A stretch of 64,000 nt of DNA from the NCBI RefSeq assembly GCF_009914755.1, contig NC_060936.1; one strand, 5' to 3'. The notes under the pieces were generated by a model. The model saw only the letters and a program-made list of their open reading frames with translations. It was not told the origin of the DNA and ran no database searches. Of this stretch, positions 34,904-48,060 are shown piece after piece. How positions within the stretch are numbered: position 1 is the stretch's first letter; every line of letters starts with the position of its first letter. The DNA is from the human T2T-CHM13v2.0 reference genome, Homo sapiens. The translations under genes were made by a program, and so were the position numbers.

Positions 34904-36753
34904 TATGTCAGGTTTATGTATTGCTCCTTCCTACACTAGGATCCCAGCTTTATGTTTCAGCTAAGCTCCCCACTTTATTTCTAACAGCCTATCTTCTGTA
35001 TTGCCATTAAAATTTAAATCTTAGTCTCTGACATTTAAAAGAAATCCTTTAAGTTCTGGCATTCTGTTATTTCTCAGGATTTCTACCTTTATGCCAGCTC
35101 ATAAATGCATCTTACAATGTTTTAAAAATATTTTATCCAGTTTTTAGTCAATTTGGAGAGTTATATAGGATAACTGGTCTGAAATTCTCTTAAAAATACA
35201 AAATCCCCCATTTTATTTCTAAGTTATCTTTATTAATTTTTTAAACTATTGCATTTTGTATTTATTTGGTATTGAATCAGTTTATTCAATATTATTATTT
35301 ATCCATTGATTTTATTTTCACATATCAGTGAGCAATGTTATTTGCAATTAGTGATCTTTTTCTTCCTTTTCAACGACTATGCCACTTATTTCTGTTTTAC
35401 ATCTTATTTAATTTTCTAGAATTTTTAGAACAATCCAAAAGAATAATGGCAATGATAGGTCTCCTTGTTTTAATTGTAATTTTAATTTTAAAGTCCTCTA
35501 GTGTTTTTCATTAAGTATGATAATTGCTTTCATATTAAAATAGTTTATTATGTTAAATAAGTATCTATCTCTTTCTAATTTATAAAACATTATAAGGAGT
35601 AGTTTTATAATACATTTGGTATTTAATAGAATTCCCATATGATTATTCTTGTTTATTATATTATTGTTATATATTCCTAGAATTCCTAATATTAAACCAT
35701 TCTGAAATAATATCTAGTGGGTAGTAGCATACCTTACATTGATGAATTAAATGTGTGCATAGGGTTTTTAGAACATTAGCATCTATATGCCTGCATAAAA
35801 TTGTTGATTTTGTTTTATCATACTCTTAGTCCAGTCTGGCAATCATATAAATTAGAAAAATTTCACCAGTGTTTATGTATTAAATTTCTATAATGTGGAA
35901 CTTCTTTTTCCTTAAAACATTTAAAGAACTGACTCGTAAAACTATCTGGGCTTAGAACTTTTTTGGGAATTAAATATTTGAAAGCATTTTTCATCTTTGT
36001 CATAACTATTGTTCTAATCAGGTCATCCACCTCTCCTTGAGTTAATTTTAATTATTTTTTCCCATCAATATAATAATATTTGTTGGGCTATTTTAACTGC
36101 ATAGTTTACCACTGAATTCTACATAGTAGTTTTTATATTGAATCTCTATATGTACTATAACAAGAGGAAACTCTGGTGCATCCATCCCATTTTCTTGGAA
36201 TTGTAGATGTAGTAGCTTCTGTTGTACTCTCCAGAAAAAAATATAGAAACAAACACTCCTTGCCTCAAGAGATAATTGGCGAGATTAAAGAAAGCCTTAT
36301 ATCTAATGGACCAAATTTAGCAGGAATTAGGTAATAAGGTTCCACCTCTACACTCTATTGTTATCTGGCTTCTCCTTTTGCTTCCCTGTGCTCAGACATG
36401 GCAGGCCTTGAGCTCCTTGTTTCTACATGGCAATCACACCTTGTAAACCTTGGCAAATGTCAGTCACTATTATTTCTACCCCCAGATCCTCCAATGTAAT
36501 TTGTGAGTTATCTTCAGTCAATTTGATTGGAGAGAATGGAAAACTCACCCTGGCTTAAAACTCAAGCCTCATTTCTCACTTTAATCTTTATCATGGAGCC
36601 CTTTACTCAGAGAGTCATTTTAGTGGACATCAATAAAGCTGATAAGCTGAATCAAAATAGGCCTTATTCTATGAGCCAGGACTCTGAAGGGAAAAAGGAA
36701 TTCCTGACTTCCCAAACATAACCCCCAACTTGTTAGAAACTCCTTGTTTTCAA

Positions 36754-37103
<350 letters not shown>

Positions 37104-37559
37104 TAAATACATTATCCAGCAATTTGCATCTTACTGTTTCACAGTCTGAAATAGGAGATTCAGTCTGCGTCAAAAGCAACTGTAAACACCTCAACTGCCT
37201 GACTTCACAGGTCTTCGTCCTAATATTCCTCTAGTCACATGGCATATCTTCTTTCCATAAACTTGCTCCTTTCTGCTAGCTTCTTTAACCTTTAACAAAA
37301 ATTTCCTCTCCCTCAACTGTGTTTCATAGACTTCTACTTATTCATGGCATCCATTTGATCATAATCTTTAATGGTTCTTTCTCCAGCTCATGACTTTTCA
37401 ATTCCTTCCCTGATGCAAACTGCCAGATTATCTCAGTATTTCCAGTTCAGAGTCAGGAAGTGGAAAATCTTACCAGCCCAGCTCATCCCTTCATCCCATG
37501 CCACATCATAGATCCCAAGAAGCTTAGGAAAGGATGAGGGCATAGGGCAAGTCAAGTGT

Positions 37560-38450
37560 CTGTCTCCAGGCCCACCATCTCCTTTAGGCCACCTCAACAA
37601 CAGTTCAAAATTAACCCGTCGAATTATTGATCCACACCCCCATCTTGATTCTCTTCCCCATCTCTGCAATGTGCACCACCATCTGCCAAGTGTGCTACCG
37701 TCAGTTCCTCCCTTTCCCTCTTCACCCCACGCAAGCAATCTCATCCATCAGCTCTCATCAGTTCTTTCTCTAAAGTAGATCCTAAATCCATCTTCATTTC
37801 CATTAACACTACCTTAATCCAGGATTAAGGTTTCTGCTGTTGCTTGTCTGGATTACTACAGCAGCCTTCTAACAGCTTCCTAACCACTTGTTGCACTTTC
37901 CATTCTTTCCTTCATTCAATCCATATTCTACAAAGCAGAGGTAGTGGTGATAAAATATAAATTCAGTCACATAGATCCCTCAAAATCCTTCAGTAGCTTC
38001 CTATTTCTCTTAGAATAAAATCCAGTATTTTCCCACATCTGATACAGCTTTCGACGATCTGATTCTGGCTAATCTCTCAAACCTCATCTTGCAATATTCT
38101 CCCCACACTCACAATGTTTCAGCCACATCAGCGTTGCTTCAGTGACTCAGGATCCCTGAAGCTCTTTTCTGCCTCAGGGCCTTTGCACATGCCTCTGCTT
38201 GCTTGATGTTCCCCACACTCACAATGTTCTGGCCATACCAGCCTTGCTTCAGTGACTCAGGATCCCTGAAGCTCTTTTCTGCCTGAGAGCCTTTGCACGT
38301 GCCTCTGCTTGCTTGGTGTTCCCCTGCATTCTCACTTGCTTTAGGTCCCAGCTGAAATGTGATTTCCTCAGAGAGGACTTGGCCACCCTAAACCAAAGGG
38401 AACCTCCCTCAACTTGTAGCTCTTTATTTTACCCCCTTACATCTTCATAT
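37560..38450. mobile_element. L2 fragment
   Basis: Typical L2 text: ctggattactacagcagccttctaac, ctcttagaataaaatcca, cctcagggcctttgcacatgc. Confidence 0.65.
38101..38324. repeat. 110-bp tandem duplication (2 copies)
   Basis: Copies 38101-38210 and 38211-38320 differ at 10 of 110 positions by manual count. Confidence 0.95.
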
Positions 38451-40149
38451 TTTTGCCCTCCTCTTTAAATTATTGGTGGAGGGGAAACTACAAAGAACAC
38501 GAAAAAAGCAAAAGCCAAAAGGGGAGACAAAAAAAAAAAAAAAAACCTTAGAGATAAGAAAAAGGAGAAAAAGACAAGAAATTAAGAGGAAATACGCATG
38601 AAAGTATTAGCATTTATGGAAAATAAGTTCATAAAATTGTTAAATACACTTAAATGTTATACACCCCTAAAGCAAACATTCTTACTACTTACTTCTAACT
38701 CTTAGATAATGATTTCTAACTTCATCTTCAAGATAAGTCATCTTTCTTTGAATTCCAGTAAGTACAATATTCACTAGTGTAAGAATTTACCAAAACGAAG
38801 GCTCAAAATGAGTTAGAAGTATTTGAAAAAGTCATTATGAGCCCCTAGAAGAGTCTAATGCTTCTTTTCTCATTGTAAGTTTGCATAGCAAGGATCTAAG
38901 ACAAGTTTTAAAATAAAACAACCCTCTCTTAGGGCCATGGGTACATGAGGCATCATTTCTCCACAATAGCCTGGCCCTCTCGCCTCCCTTTGTCTTCTGC
39001 AATGCCTCTTTGTAACTCACAGGTGTTTGTGGGCATAAAGCCCATCAGAAGGGAGTTTATTGTGAAGAGTTCTTTCTTTGCCACTTGTTCTAAACCTGTT
39101 CAGAGAGTGCTCCATGCCTTAGACCAAATCTCCATAAAAATCAAGAAACAAGAAGTTTTCTGTACGCCTGTACAACAGCCACACTATGACATTAGTTTCG
39201 ACAGCTCTGTGACCCTGTATTGTCCCAACTTTATTCACTAGTCTCTTTTTCTCTTTCTCTCTCCATTCCTTTTTTTAAGCCTTTATTGGCATTTTTTTAT
39301 CTACTGTAAAATAAAAAGGAGGAGGATGGGTGGGGGTTTTTTAAGCACTCTATGTGGCAGATAAAAAAAAAACCACTATCTGCAGTTACTGTAGTAATGG
39401 TTTCAAAAAACACCTGCAAATCAAAGAAAGACACCACGGCAGTGTCTTCAGACTTTTTTTTCCTCTTCTTCTCTTAAAGTTCCTTCTTGGCCATTTTAAG
39501 TAGGCCCGGCAATGAATTTATGTGACAGCTATGAAGTTAGTATTAAAATTGTGAATAGTGCCTAGCAGTTTTCATGCCCTTAGTATAAGATCGCCTCAAT
39601 TTGCCACACAGCGGTGAATAGGGTAAAGAAGGGAGGGGGTGTCGAATGAATGGGAGGAGGAGGTTACGTGAATGGGAGGGTTTCCCGGGAGGGGGCAGCA
39701 CAGTTGTCACAGGGAGAAGAGTGATTTATTTTTGAAATTCCAGAAAGGAAGACCAAAAGAAGCTGCCTAAAAGATCCTGAAGTGCGGGGTTGGGGGGATG
39801 TGAGATAAATAATATGTCTACACACATTTAACAAGTGTCAAGGCCAGCTCTAGAAGTAGGGACAGGGTGGGGGCGGCGGTGGTAAATCCATTCCTCTGGT
39901 CTTCCAAGATTCAATATTAAATGCCAGCAGGGAGCAGATGTGGGCAGGGGCTGCAGAATAGGGGTAAGGAGCGCTGAAGGAGGGGTTAAGCGTTTATCTC
40001 AATGGAAATTAACCACTTGGGGGGAATTAAAAGAGAGCTGGAGCGGGCGGGGAAGGTTAGGGGGAGAAGCGGGACAGGGAGAGTGTCTCTACATGTAAAG
40101 AGAGGAACTTTCCTGGTGCGGAGATCTGGGGAGGGCATTCAGTAAAATG

Positions 40150-40880
40150 AGGTGAGCAGGGCTGCAAAGAGCAAGGCGGGGCGTGCCCTCCACCGCCCCC
40201 AACCGCTCCGCCCGGCCCCTCCCCCGCTCCCTCCCCCACCCCTCCCCCTTCCTGTATTAGCATGCGGGCGGCGGCGAGCCGGCCGGGTGGGGAGGGCGGC
40301 GGTGGCATCGCTGCGCGGGGCGCATTGTGGGCCGCGCTCGCCTCCGCGGGGGACCATCTGCTCGCTGTCAATGCATCACCTGCTCGTCTGGGCCGTCGCC
40401 GGGGCAACGGGGGGCGGGGGATTAAGGAGCGTGTGCGTCTCGGTCCGGGCCGAGGCGGCGAGGTGGGGGTTGGGGCGGGGGAGGAGAGCTCCTTGGCCCC
40501 CCACCCCCCTGCCCCGAGACGGGTCGACCCGCTCGGGGGCCGGCGACCACCGCGACGGGTTCCGCCGCTTGCCTCCGCTCCTTGGCCTTTGCTGCCGTGC
40601 TGCCTCTTCTCACGGGCGCGGCTGGAGTCCCGGGGAGCAGCAGAGAGCAAACGGTCCGGCTCTACCTCACCCTGCCAGGGGGCGAGTCCCGCGCTCCCTG
40701 CGTCTACCTGGAGCTGCAGGGTCCCTATCCCGGGGCGCCGCCCGCAGCCTCCTCCGCGGGAGCTGGAGCACTCTGCTGGGTCCTGGGGACGCGGCGCAGC
40801 GTGGTTCCAAGCGCTCCGCAGTCGCCGGGCAACCACAATGGGGCTGCCTTGCCGTGAGACCCTCCCCCGCGACTGCCACC
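40150..40880. promoter_or_regulatory. CpG island: probable promoter and first exon of an unidentified gene
   Basis: Abrupt GC- and CpG-rich block in an AT-rich, CpG-depleted background. GC boxes (GGCGGGGCG ~40175, GGGGCGGGG ~40472). Candidate + strand donor GAG|GTGGGG after 40462. Confidence 0.85.
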
Positions 40881-42554
40881 AAAGTCACAGAAAACTTTCA
40901 CACCTCTCATCTGACACTGTGGCCTGTGCACGACTCCAAGCACTGGGGAAGCCTTCGACATCAGAATATGAATGGCACCTGTTCTTCCGGGGGCGGCAAG
41001 GGGGATCCCGATGTTTATCAAAATGGGTTGATTTTCCACGGAGGGGGTACTTCTGGAGGTAGTAATCCCCAGAAATCCTGAAATTCCCCCTTCCACCTAC
41101 TCATCTGCCTCGAATTGTAAACCATTTTGAATAGAGGAGTAGTGCATCCAGGAATAATGCAGCCAACAGCAGGGGGCAGAGCAAGGCTGTAGATGGGGAC
41201 AGTGGCCATTTGGGGATACTTTTAATCCAAAGTCATGCTAGTTGGTTTAGAAACTTCTGAGGAATTTTACTCTCTGCTCTTCCTCATCTCTATCCCACCT
41301 CCGACTGGTCAAGGACATTTAGCTGTGCCAACAAAGGTCGTTCTCATCTGCCTGAGGAGTCCACACACTTCAACAAAGGACTGGTTAACACCCCCTAATT
41401 CCTGCCCATAAGCTGTCCATAGGCTGCACAGAACCAAAGAGTTGTTAAGTCTTCATCACAACTCATAATATATAAATATTTTTTCTGGGCTAGCTAATTA
41501 CTGAACACTCTTCTGCAGAATCACAGGACCAAAAGAAAGTGGACATTCACACCTGAGTCCCAGGATGGACACCCTCCCCCCCACCCCACACACCCACATC
41601 TAAAATATTTCTAGCCGGGAAAAAAAAAAAAAAGCAGCTTGTTTTTAAAGACTCTTGAGTCTTGTTAGATCTCATTCAAAGGTCTAGCAACTCTTGGGAA
41701 GCCAACAGCCTTTCTCTGACTTAGCAACTCAAACCCATTTTCTGCATTTATTTCTTTAAAAAAAAAAGTAAGTTTGTACTATTGACCCTATGTTCATCTT
41801 TTCCAGCTAAAGTCTCGTGATCATCGAGTAAAATTTCTCTCATCCTTTTATAATTTCTAGATAGAAACACCATGAATCAGGCTAATTTTATGATTAAAAT
41901 GCATTTTTTTAAATTTGCTGTGACCACACAGAAAATGACAGTTCCACTAATGTATCACTTTCTTTTTATCATTCATATGCAAGAGAGAAAAGTCAACTAT
42001 CAAAATATCCATGGCTTTGACATAATAGATGAAGGGGAAAAGGTTTGTATGTATAAACTTGCTCCAAATATAAAATTCTACCCACCATTTTACTTTAATT
42101 ATGACTTCCATAAATTAAAGTTGAGAGTTCTGAGAAGACATGCCCTTCAATCTACAAGGTACTCCTAAATACATAGAATCATGGCATCATTCCAACTTAG
42201 AGAAGGGATGAGCTGAGTCCAACCCTCCTATCTATAGATAAGGTAGCAAGCCCCAAAATGGTAAGTGACTGGCCCAAGACTGTACTGCTAGTGGCTATGG
42301 ATACCCAGTGCTCTCTTAACCCCAACAATATCACAGAGGTGCAGCTTTGCACACCAAAAACACCTGAAAATGCCCTTTGTCTACTCTGTTACCATTCCTA
42401 CAGCTGCTGTTTTCACTACAGAAATGAGAACTCTTCATCAATTTCAGCAAATAATCCTTGAGTACCTATCACGTGTCAGGCAAAATAAACAAAGATCCCC
42501 ATCCCTGTAGAGCTCATTCTTTTGTGGTGCAAACAGATTTTAAAAGAAAGAAAA

Positions 42555-42875
<321 letters not shown>

Positions 42876-43244
42876 TTATTGAACATCTAATCAGCTACGA
42901 TGAGAGGGAAAAATGTATTCACAAATAAGATATGGATGTCAACCTTAAAAAGAGAAAAGCATACATGAGAATCAGAGCAATGCAATCAACTAGAAAATAA
43001 TCTCAATATGACAAAGTATCATGAAGTACAGAGAAGGCATCAGGTAATTTTGCCTGGGCAATGTCATAGAGAAGATGTCATAAATTTGGCTATATAATAG
43101 CAGTCCCTGGTACCTAAACAGGGTATGGCACATAGCAGATGCTCAATAAATCGTTGTTGGATGAATGCATGAATGAACAAATGAATACTGCATTTTCCAA
43201 ATAGTCAAAAGGAGGAAGATATTTAAGGCAAAGATATGACAGTA

Positions 43245-44225
43245 TATGAAAATGTGGTACATATATACAATGGGATATTATTCAGACAAAAAAGGAAGAA
43301 AATCTCCCCACTTGTGACAATATGGATGAGCCTAGAGGACATTAGGTTAAATAAACCAGTCACAGAAGGACAAACACTGCATGATCTCACTTATGTATGG
43401 AATATTTAAAAGTCTAACTCCACCCAAATGCCCATCAATGATAGACTGGATAAAGAAAATGTGGTACATATACACCATGGAATACTATGCAGCCATAAAA
43501 AGGAACAAGATCATGGCCTTTGCAGGTACATGGATGGAGCTGGAAGCCATTATCCTCAGCAAACTAACACTAGAACAGAAAACAGAAACACTGCATGTTC
43601 TCACTTATAAATGGAAGCTGAACAATGAGAATACATGGACACAGGGAGGGAAACAATATGCACTGGGGCCTGTTGGGGGGTGGGGTTGGGGGAGGGAGGG
43701 CATTAGGAAAAATAGCTAATGCATGCTCGGCTTAATACCTAGGTGATGGGATGATAGATGCAGCAAACCACCATGGCACACATTTACCTATGTAACAAAC
43801 CTGCACATGTACCCCAGAACTGAAAATAAAAATAAATTAAAAAAAAAAGTCTTAACTCACACAAGCAGAGAGTAGAATGGTAGTTGATAGATGATGGGGA
43901 GCGAGGAGGATGGGGAGTAAGGGAAATGGGGAGATGTTAGTCAAAGGGGATAAACCTTCAGTTACAAGATCAGCAAGTTCTGGTGATCTAATATACATAA
44001 TGGTGACTAAAATTAATAGTGCTGTATTACATACTTGAAATATGCTAAGACAGTTCTCACCACCACACACCAAAAATGGTAATTATATGAGGTGATGGAT
44101 GTCCTCATTAGCTTGATTGTCATCATTTCACAATGTAGACATATATCAAATCATTACATTGTACACGTTAAATGTAGAAAGTTTTTATTTGTCAATTATA
44201 CCACACCAAATCTGGGGAAAATGTT
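43245..44225 (+). mobile_element. L1MA-type 3' end, split by a younger L1PA 3' fragment
   Basis: L1MA 3'UTR text on both sides (cactgcatgatctcacttatgtatggaat / gcagagagtagaatggtagttg). Confidence 0.75.
43421..43844 (+). mobile_element. Short 5'-truncated L1PA 3' end
   Basis: [24 protein letters not shown], 3'UTR and A tail. TSD AAAAGTCT(T)AACTC at 43408-43420 and 43845-43858. Confidence 0.88.
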
Positions 44226-47200
44226 TTTTAAGGAAAGTTATCACAGTATGAACAAAGGTTGAGGGGCATCTGTATTTAAGGAGTGATGAGTGAGCCATGA
44301 ACTGTGAGCAAAACAAAACAATGGAGAAGAGAAAGGAAGATGGCACACTGGCTTGGAGGTATGTTGAGAAGGGATTTCACTACCATGCCAAGAATGTGGA
44401 TTTTGTCCTGAGGACTAATAGTTTTCAACAGCAGCACACTTGTTTTAAGCAGAATCTTGTAAGAAATCCAAACAGGATAAAACTGATCCATATAGAGCTG
44501 TCCTAATAGAAGCAGGGATATGCCCCCTGCCCACAGTCTCACCATCCAGCCATGGCTGGGGACTCTATACTGCCCTTTGAAATACTGTTTGAACATCAGT
44601 ACAACTGGCAATGAGTCATCTTTGAACTTTATCAGACATAAGAATGTGAGTTTAGAAGGAAAGGAGAAGTCAGGAAGAGCAGTTAGAATGCTATTGAAAT
44701 TGTTCAAGCACAAAATAATAAGAACTTAAATTAGATCAGTAACATTCATAGTGAAATGGAAAATAAAGAGATTTTGAAAACAGAATCCTTAATATACAAG
44801 GTCTTCCTGCATCAGAGAAAATAATTTTACCTCTGGCACGTCTAAGTTTGGATATCTTTTTAAATGATAATATATTACAAACTTCAGCCTTTTAACTGTT
44901 ACTATGGCTAACACATTCTCACATTTGCAAAAGTTTATGAAAAAACACAAATTCCTTTGCAGCAAACTGCTTAAATGATGGTTCATATGTCAGAGTATAG
45001 ATTTTGGGATCCTAAGAGAAGCCAATGGAAGCTACAGAAAGTTAGCAAAAAGTGAAGCATGTTTGAAAGATATCTAATACCCCTTTCATTTACTAACCAG
45101 GCATACCAATTTTTGACCAACGATCAAAACCATCATGACCCTTTCCCTACACTTTCTCAAATGTAAGCATTGAAGTTTTTTCTGAAAAGTTACATAAAAT
45201 TATTCAGTACCCACTTACATTTAGTTACAATTGCCCAGTAAAAGCCCCTCCTGGGTAGAAGGCTTGTGACTTAAGGAATCCATGACACTCCTGGATTGGG
45301 TAAAACAAAGATATGCTCACACAAATAAGCTAATAAGAGAGGCAGCAAAAGAGAACTGGGAAGCCAGAGAAATTCACATGATGAAGATACCTGGCATTTA
45401 GCCAAAAGTAAAAACTATAAATATTAATCAGATGAGAATCAGTGTCACTTTACTGCAAGAATGTTCTGTAATTAAAAGAGTGGGTATTGTGTTGTGCATG
45501 TTAGCACAATTGCCGCCAATAATATTGGATGCCAGTAGCTCAGGAGTACTGGAAAGAGCATGGATTCCTAAGGATGTCACTTAGCAGAAAGTTTACTAAA
45601 TATCAACTGTTTATGTCAAATTGAAGTGATACTGCAAAGTAAAGGAAGAAATATCAGGGTTTCAAAATTGTGTTCCTGTCTTTAAAAGACAAGAAAAGAA
45701 ACCTTCCTTGGACATCTATTATAAGAAAGGCATTTGCTAGTCGCTTTCCAGACATAATGTCTTTGAATCCTTACCTCAGTCCTGCAGAAAAGGTGTCATC
45801 ATAATCACATTTCAAAGATGCAGCTATTCCAAAGTTGGCTTTGTGATCCAAGATGTGGCTGTGGTTGTGCATGTCTGAAGTGGAGCAGAGGTGACATGTC
45901 CTTGAAGTTGATAAAGTCACAAGATTGTGAGACGGCAATGCTTCCTGGATCATCCCTGTGGGCCGATGGGCCTTGGAGTGGATGAAAGGCATGGGAGGGA
46001 GATACCAAAGCTCTCATTTGGGTAAATCAGCAGTAAACCTGCTCAGTTGTCAGGCAAAGGAGGTTTGAGCAATTCACTGGGAGTGTCAAAAAAAGGGGGG
46101 ATAATTGAAGATCAGAGTAGCAATGGTTGGGAGAGGCAAAAGGAGATAAAAGTGTGCCGTTCTCTTTCTTTCCTCTGTTCCTAGACATAGGGGTGAGAGA
46201 GGATGAACAGCCTCCACTGCTGAAGGGGGCTAAATGGTAAATACTCCCACTATGGTGGATTTAAAGCTCTCATGATGTTAGTGAGCGCAGAGTTGGGAAA
46301 AGATGTGCACAATCAGCTCTGACGATCCAGTGCCAGTTAGCGCCAGCACCCTATTGCCCTTTCCCATGTCATATTTTCCTGTTGCTTCTTCCCACCTGTT
46401 CTTGCTCAAAGATAAAGCTGTTAAATTGTCCAGACTGTGTACATTGCGCAACTCTAGTGTTGCCATTTTCATCACAGCCATCATTGACATATATAATTTA
46501 ATATGACAATTTTCCTTTAGGAAGCCGTGTAGAGCAAAGGAGACCTTTTCCTAATTTACACAAAAGCACCATTTGGGTTGGTTTTCATGCTGCTCAAAGA
46601 CCACATACTGGAAGTCACAAGCCAAATTCAGCCCACAGACATCTTTTATTTAACTCACATTGGGTTTTAAAAAAGACATTTTTTTAACTAGCTTGCCAAC
46701 ATTTAAAAGTCAGGAAACCAAAATCCAAATTACTAGATTATATTGGAAAAATCAAAGCAAGCTGCGCTACATTGAAAGCAATAACAAAGAAAGTACCTAT
46801 GCCTAGATCATGGTAGGCGTTCAAAAGATGTCAGGATCCTTCAGCCCACCCTAGCTGTTTTGTACTCACCTTTTTTATCATTATATCCTGGAAGCCACAT
46901 CACCTGGACCCTATCTTCCTCTGTGGCTCCTCCCTTATCTTCTGTCAGTTTCTAGAACAATCTTTGCACCTCAGGGCTTTGCACTTGCCCAGTCTTCTTC
47001 CTGAAACACTCCACCCTCCACCCCCTTGACTGGTCCAACTCCCACTCATCCTTCCATTTCATTTTAGATGTCATCTTCACCATCAGCTTTCAACAAGACT
47101 CCCAAATACCTCCAACTCATGCCATGCTCCATGGAGCAGTCAGAGTGATCTTTTTTAAAAAATAAATCAGATCATGGCACAGCATAATTGTAATGAAATG

Positions 47201-48060
47201 CAAGCTCCTTCAGCTGGCCCTTAAGGAATGGTGTGGTTTGGACACTGTCCCCATCCCTCAGTCACACTGTTTCCCTATTTCCTTTACAAACACACCTCCC
47301 GTGTGCCTGCCTTTGCTCTTGCCACTCCCTTTGCAGGAACACTCTTTCCCAGGTTTTCATAGAACCTACACCTTGGTAACATTCTGGTCTCAGCACAAAC
47401 CAGCTGCACATCCTCAGAGAAGCCTTTCTACCCACCCATGTAAAACAGCAGCCCTGCCCGCTGCCAGCCTCACTTCAATGACTCTCCATCGCATCCCTTG
47501 ATTATGTATCCCAGATATACCCCAGATCTCCAAATCAGACTTCCTGGTAGTGGGGCCTGCCAATCTTTCCTTTTATTAAGCTACCTCTGGGGATTCTGAT
47601 ATGCAACCAATTTAGGAACCCTCAGTCTGTGGTATAATGGGAAAGGAAAGAATGGTAGGCATGTTGAGGTGTGCTGTGGTTCACGGCGAGTGTTTTGTTC
47701 CTCATGAGTTTTGATAGTCCAATATTACAGTGATGTAGGATACTACAAACCCACTGTAATTTTGCAGCAATAAATTACTGTCATTCCCTTGCTTGTTTAT
47801 AAATGCCACCTGAAACCTCAATCAACAAAATTGTGGAGAATCTGTTAGAAACAGAGCCAAAAATTCCTCCAACTTCTTCGTAGAACAGTTATGATCATAC
47901 AAGTGAGAAGACTAAGTGAAGAATGGACAGCTAAAGGATTCGACAAATTAATAGGTTGAAGGAATACAGACATAGTTTTTTAAGCCAGGAAACTGTGGGT
48001 GCTTACAAATCTTTGGGAAAATACTCACTGTCACCAAGAATTTTAAGATTAAAATATTTG

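Noticed and set aside
40150-40880. Naming the host gene (an upstream ANO4 promoter on chr12 was considered, since I recall a GCDH pseudogene on chr12)
   Set aside because: I could not match any exon or peptide in the window to that gene. It needs a BLAT search.
40057-41096. Long overlapping ORFs (259-309 aa) on both strands
   Set aside because: Low-complexity G/A/R/P-rich translations are expected from stop-poor GC-rich DNA. No recognisable domain.
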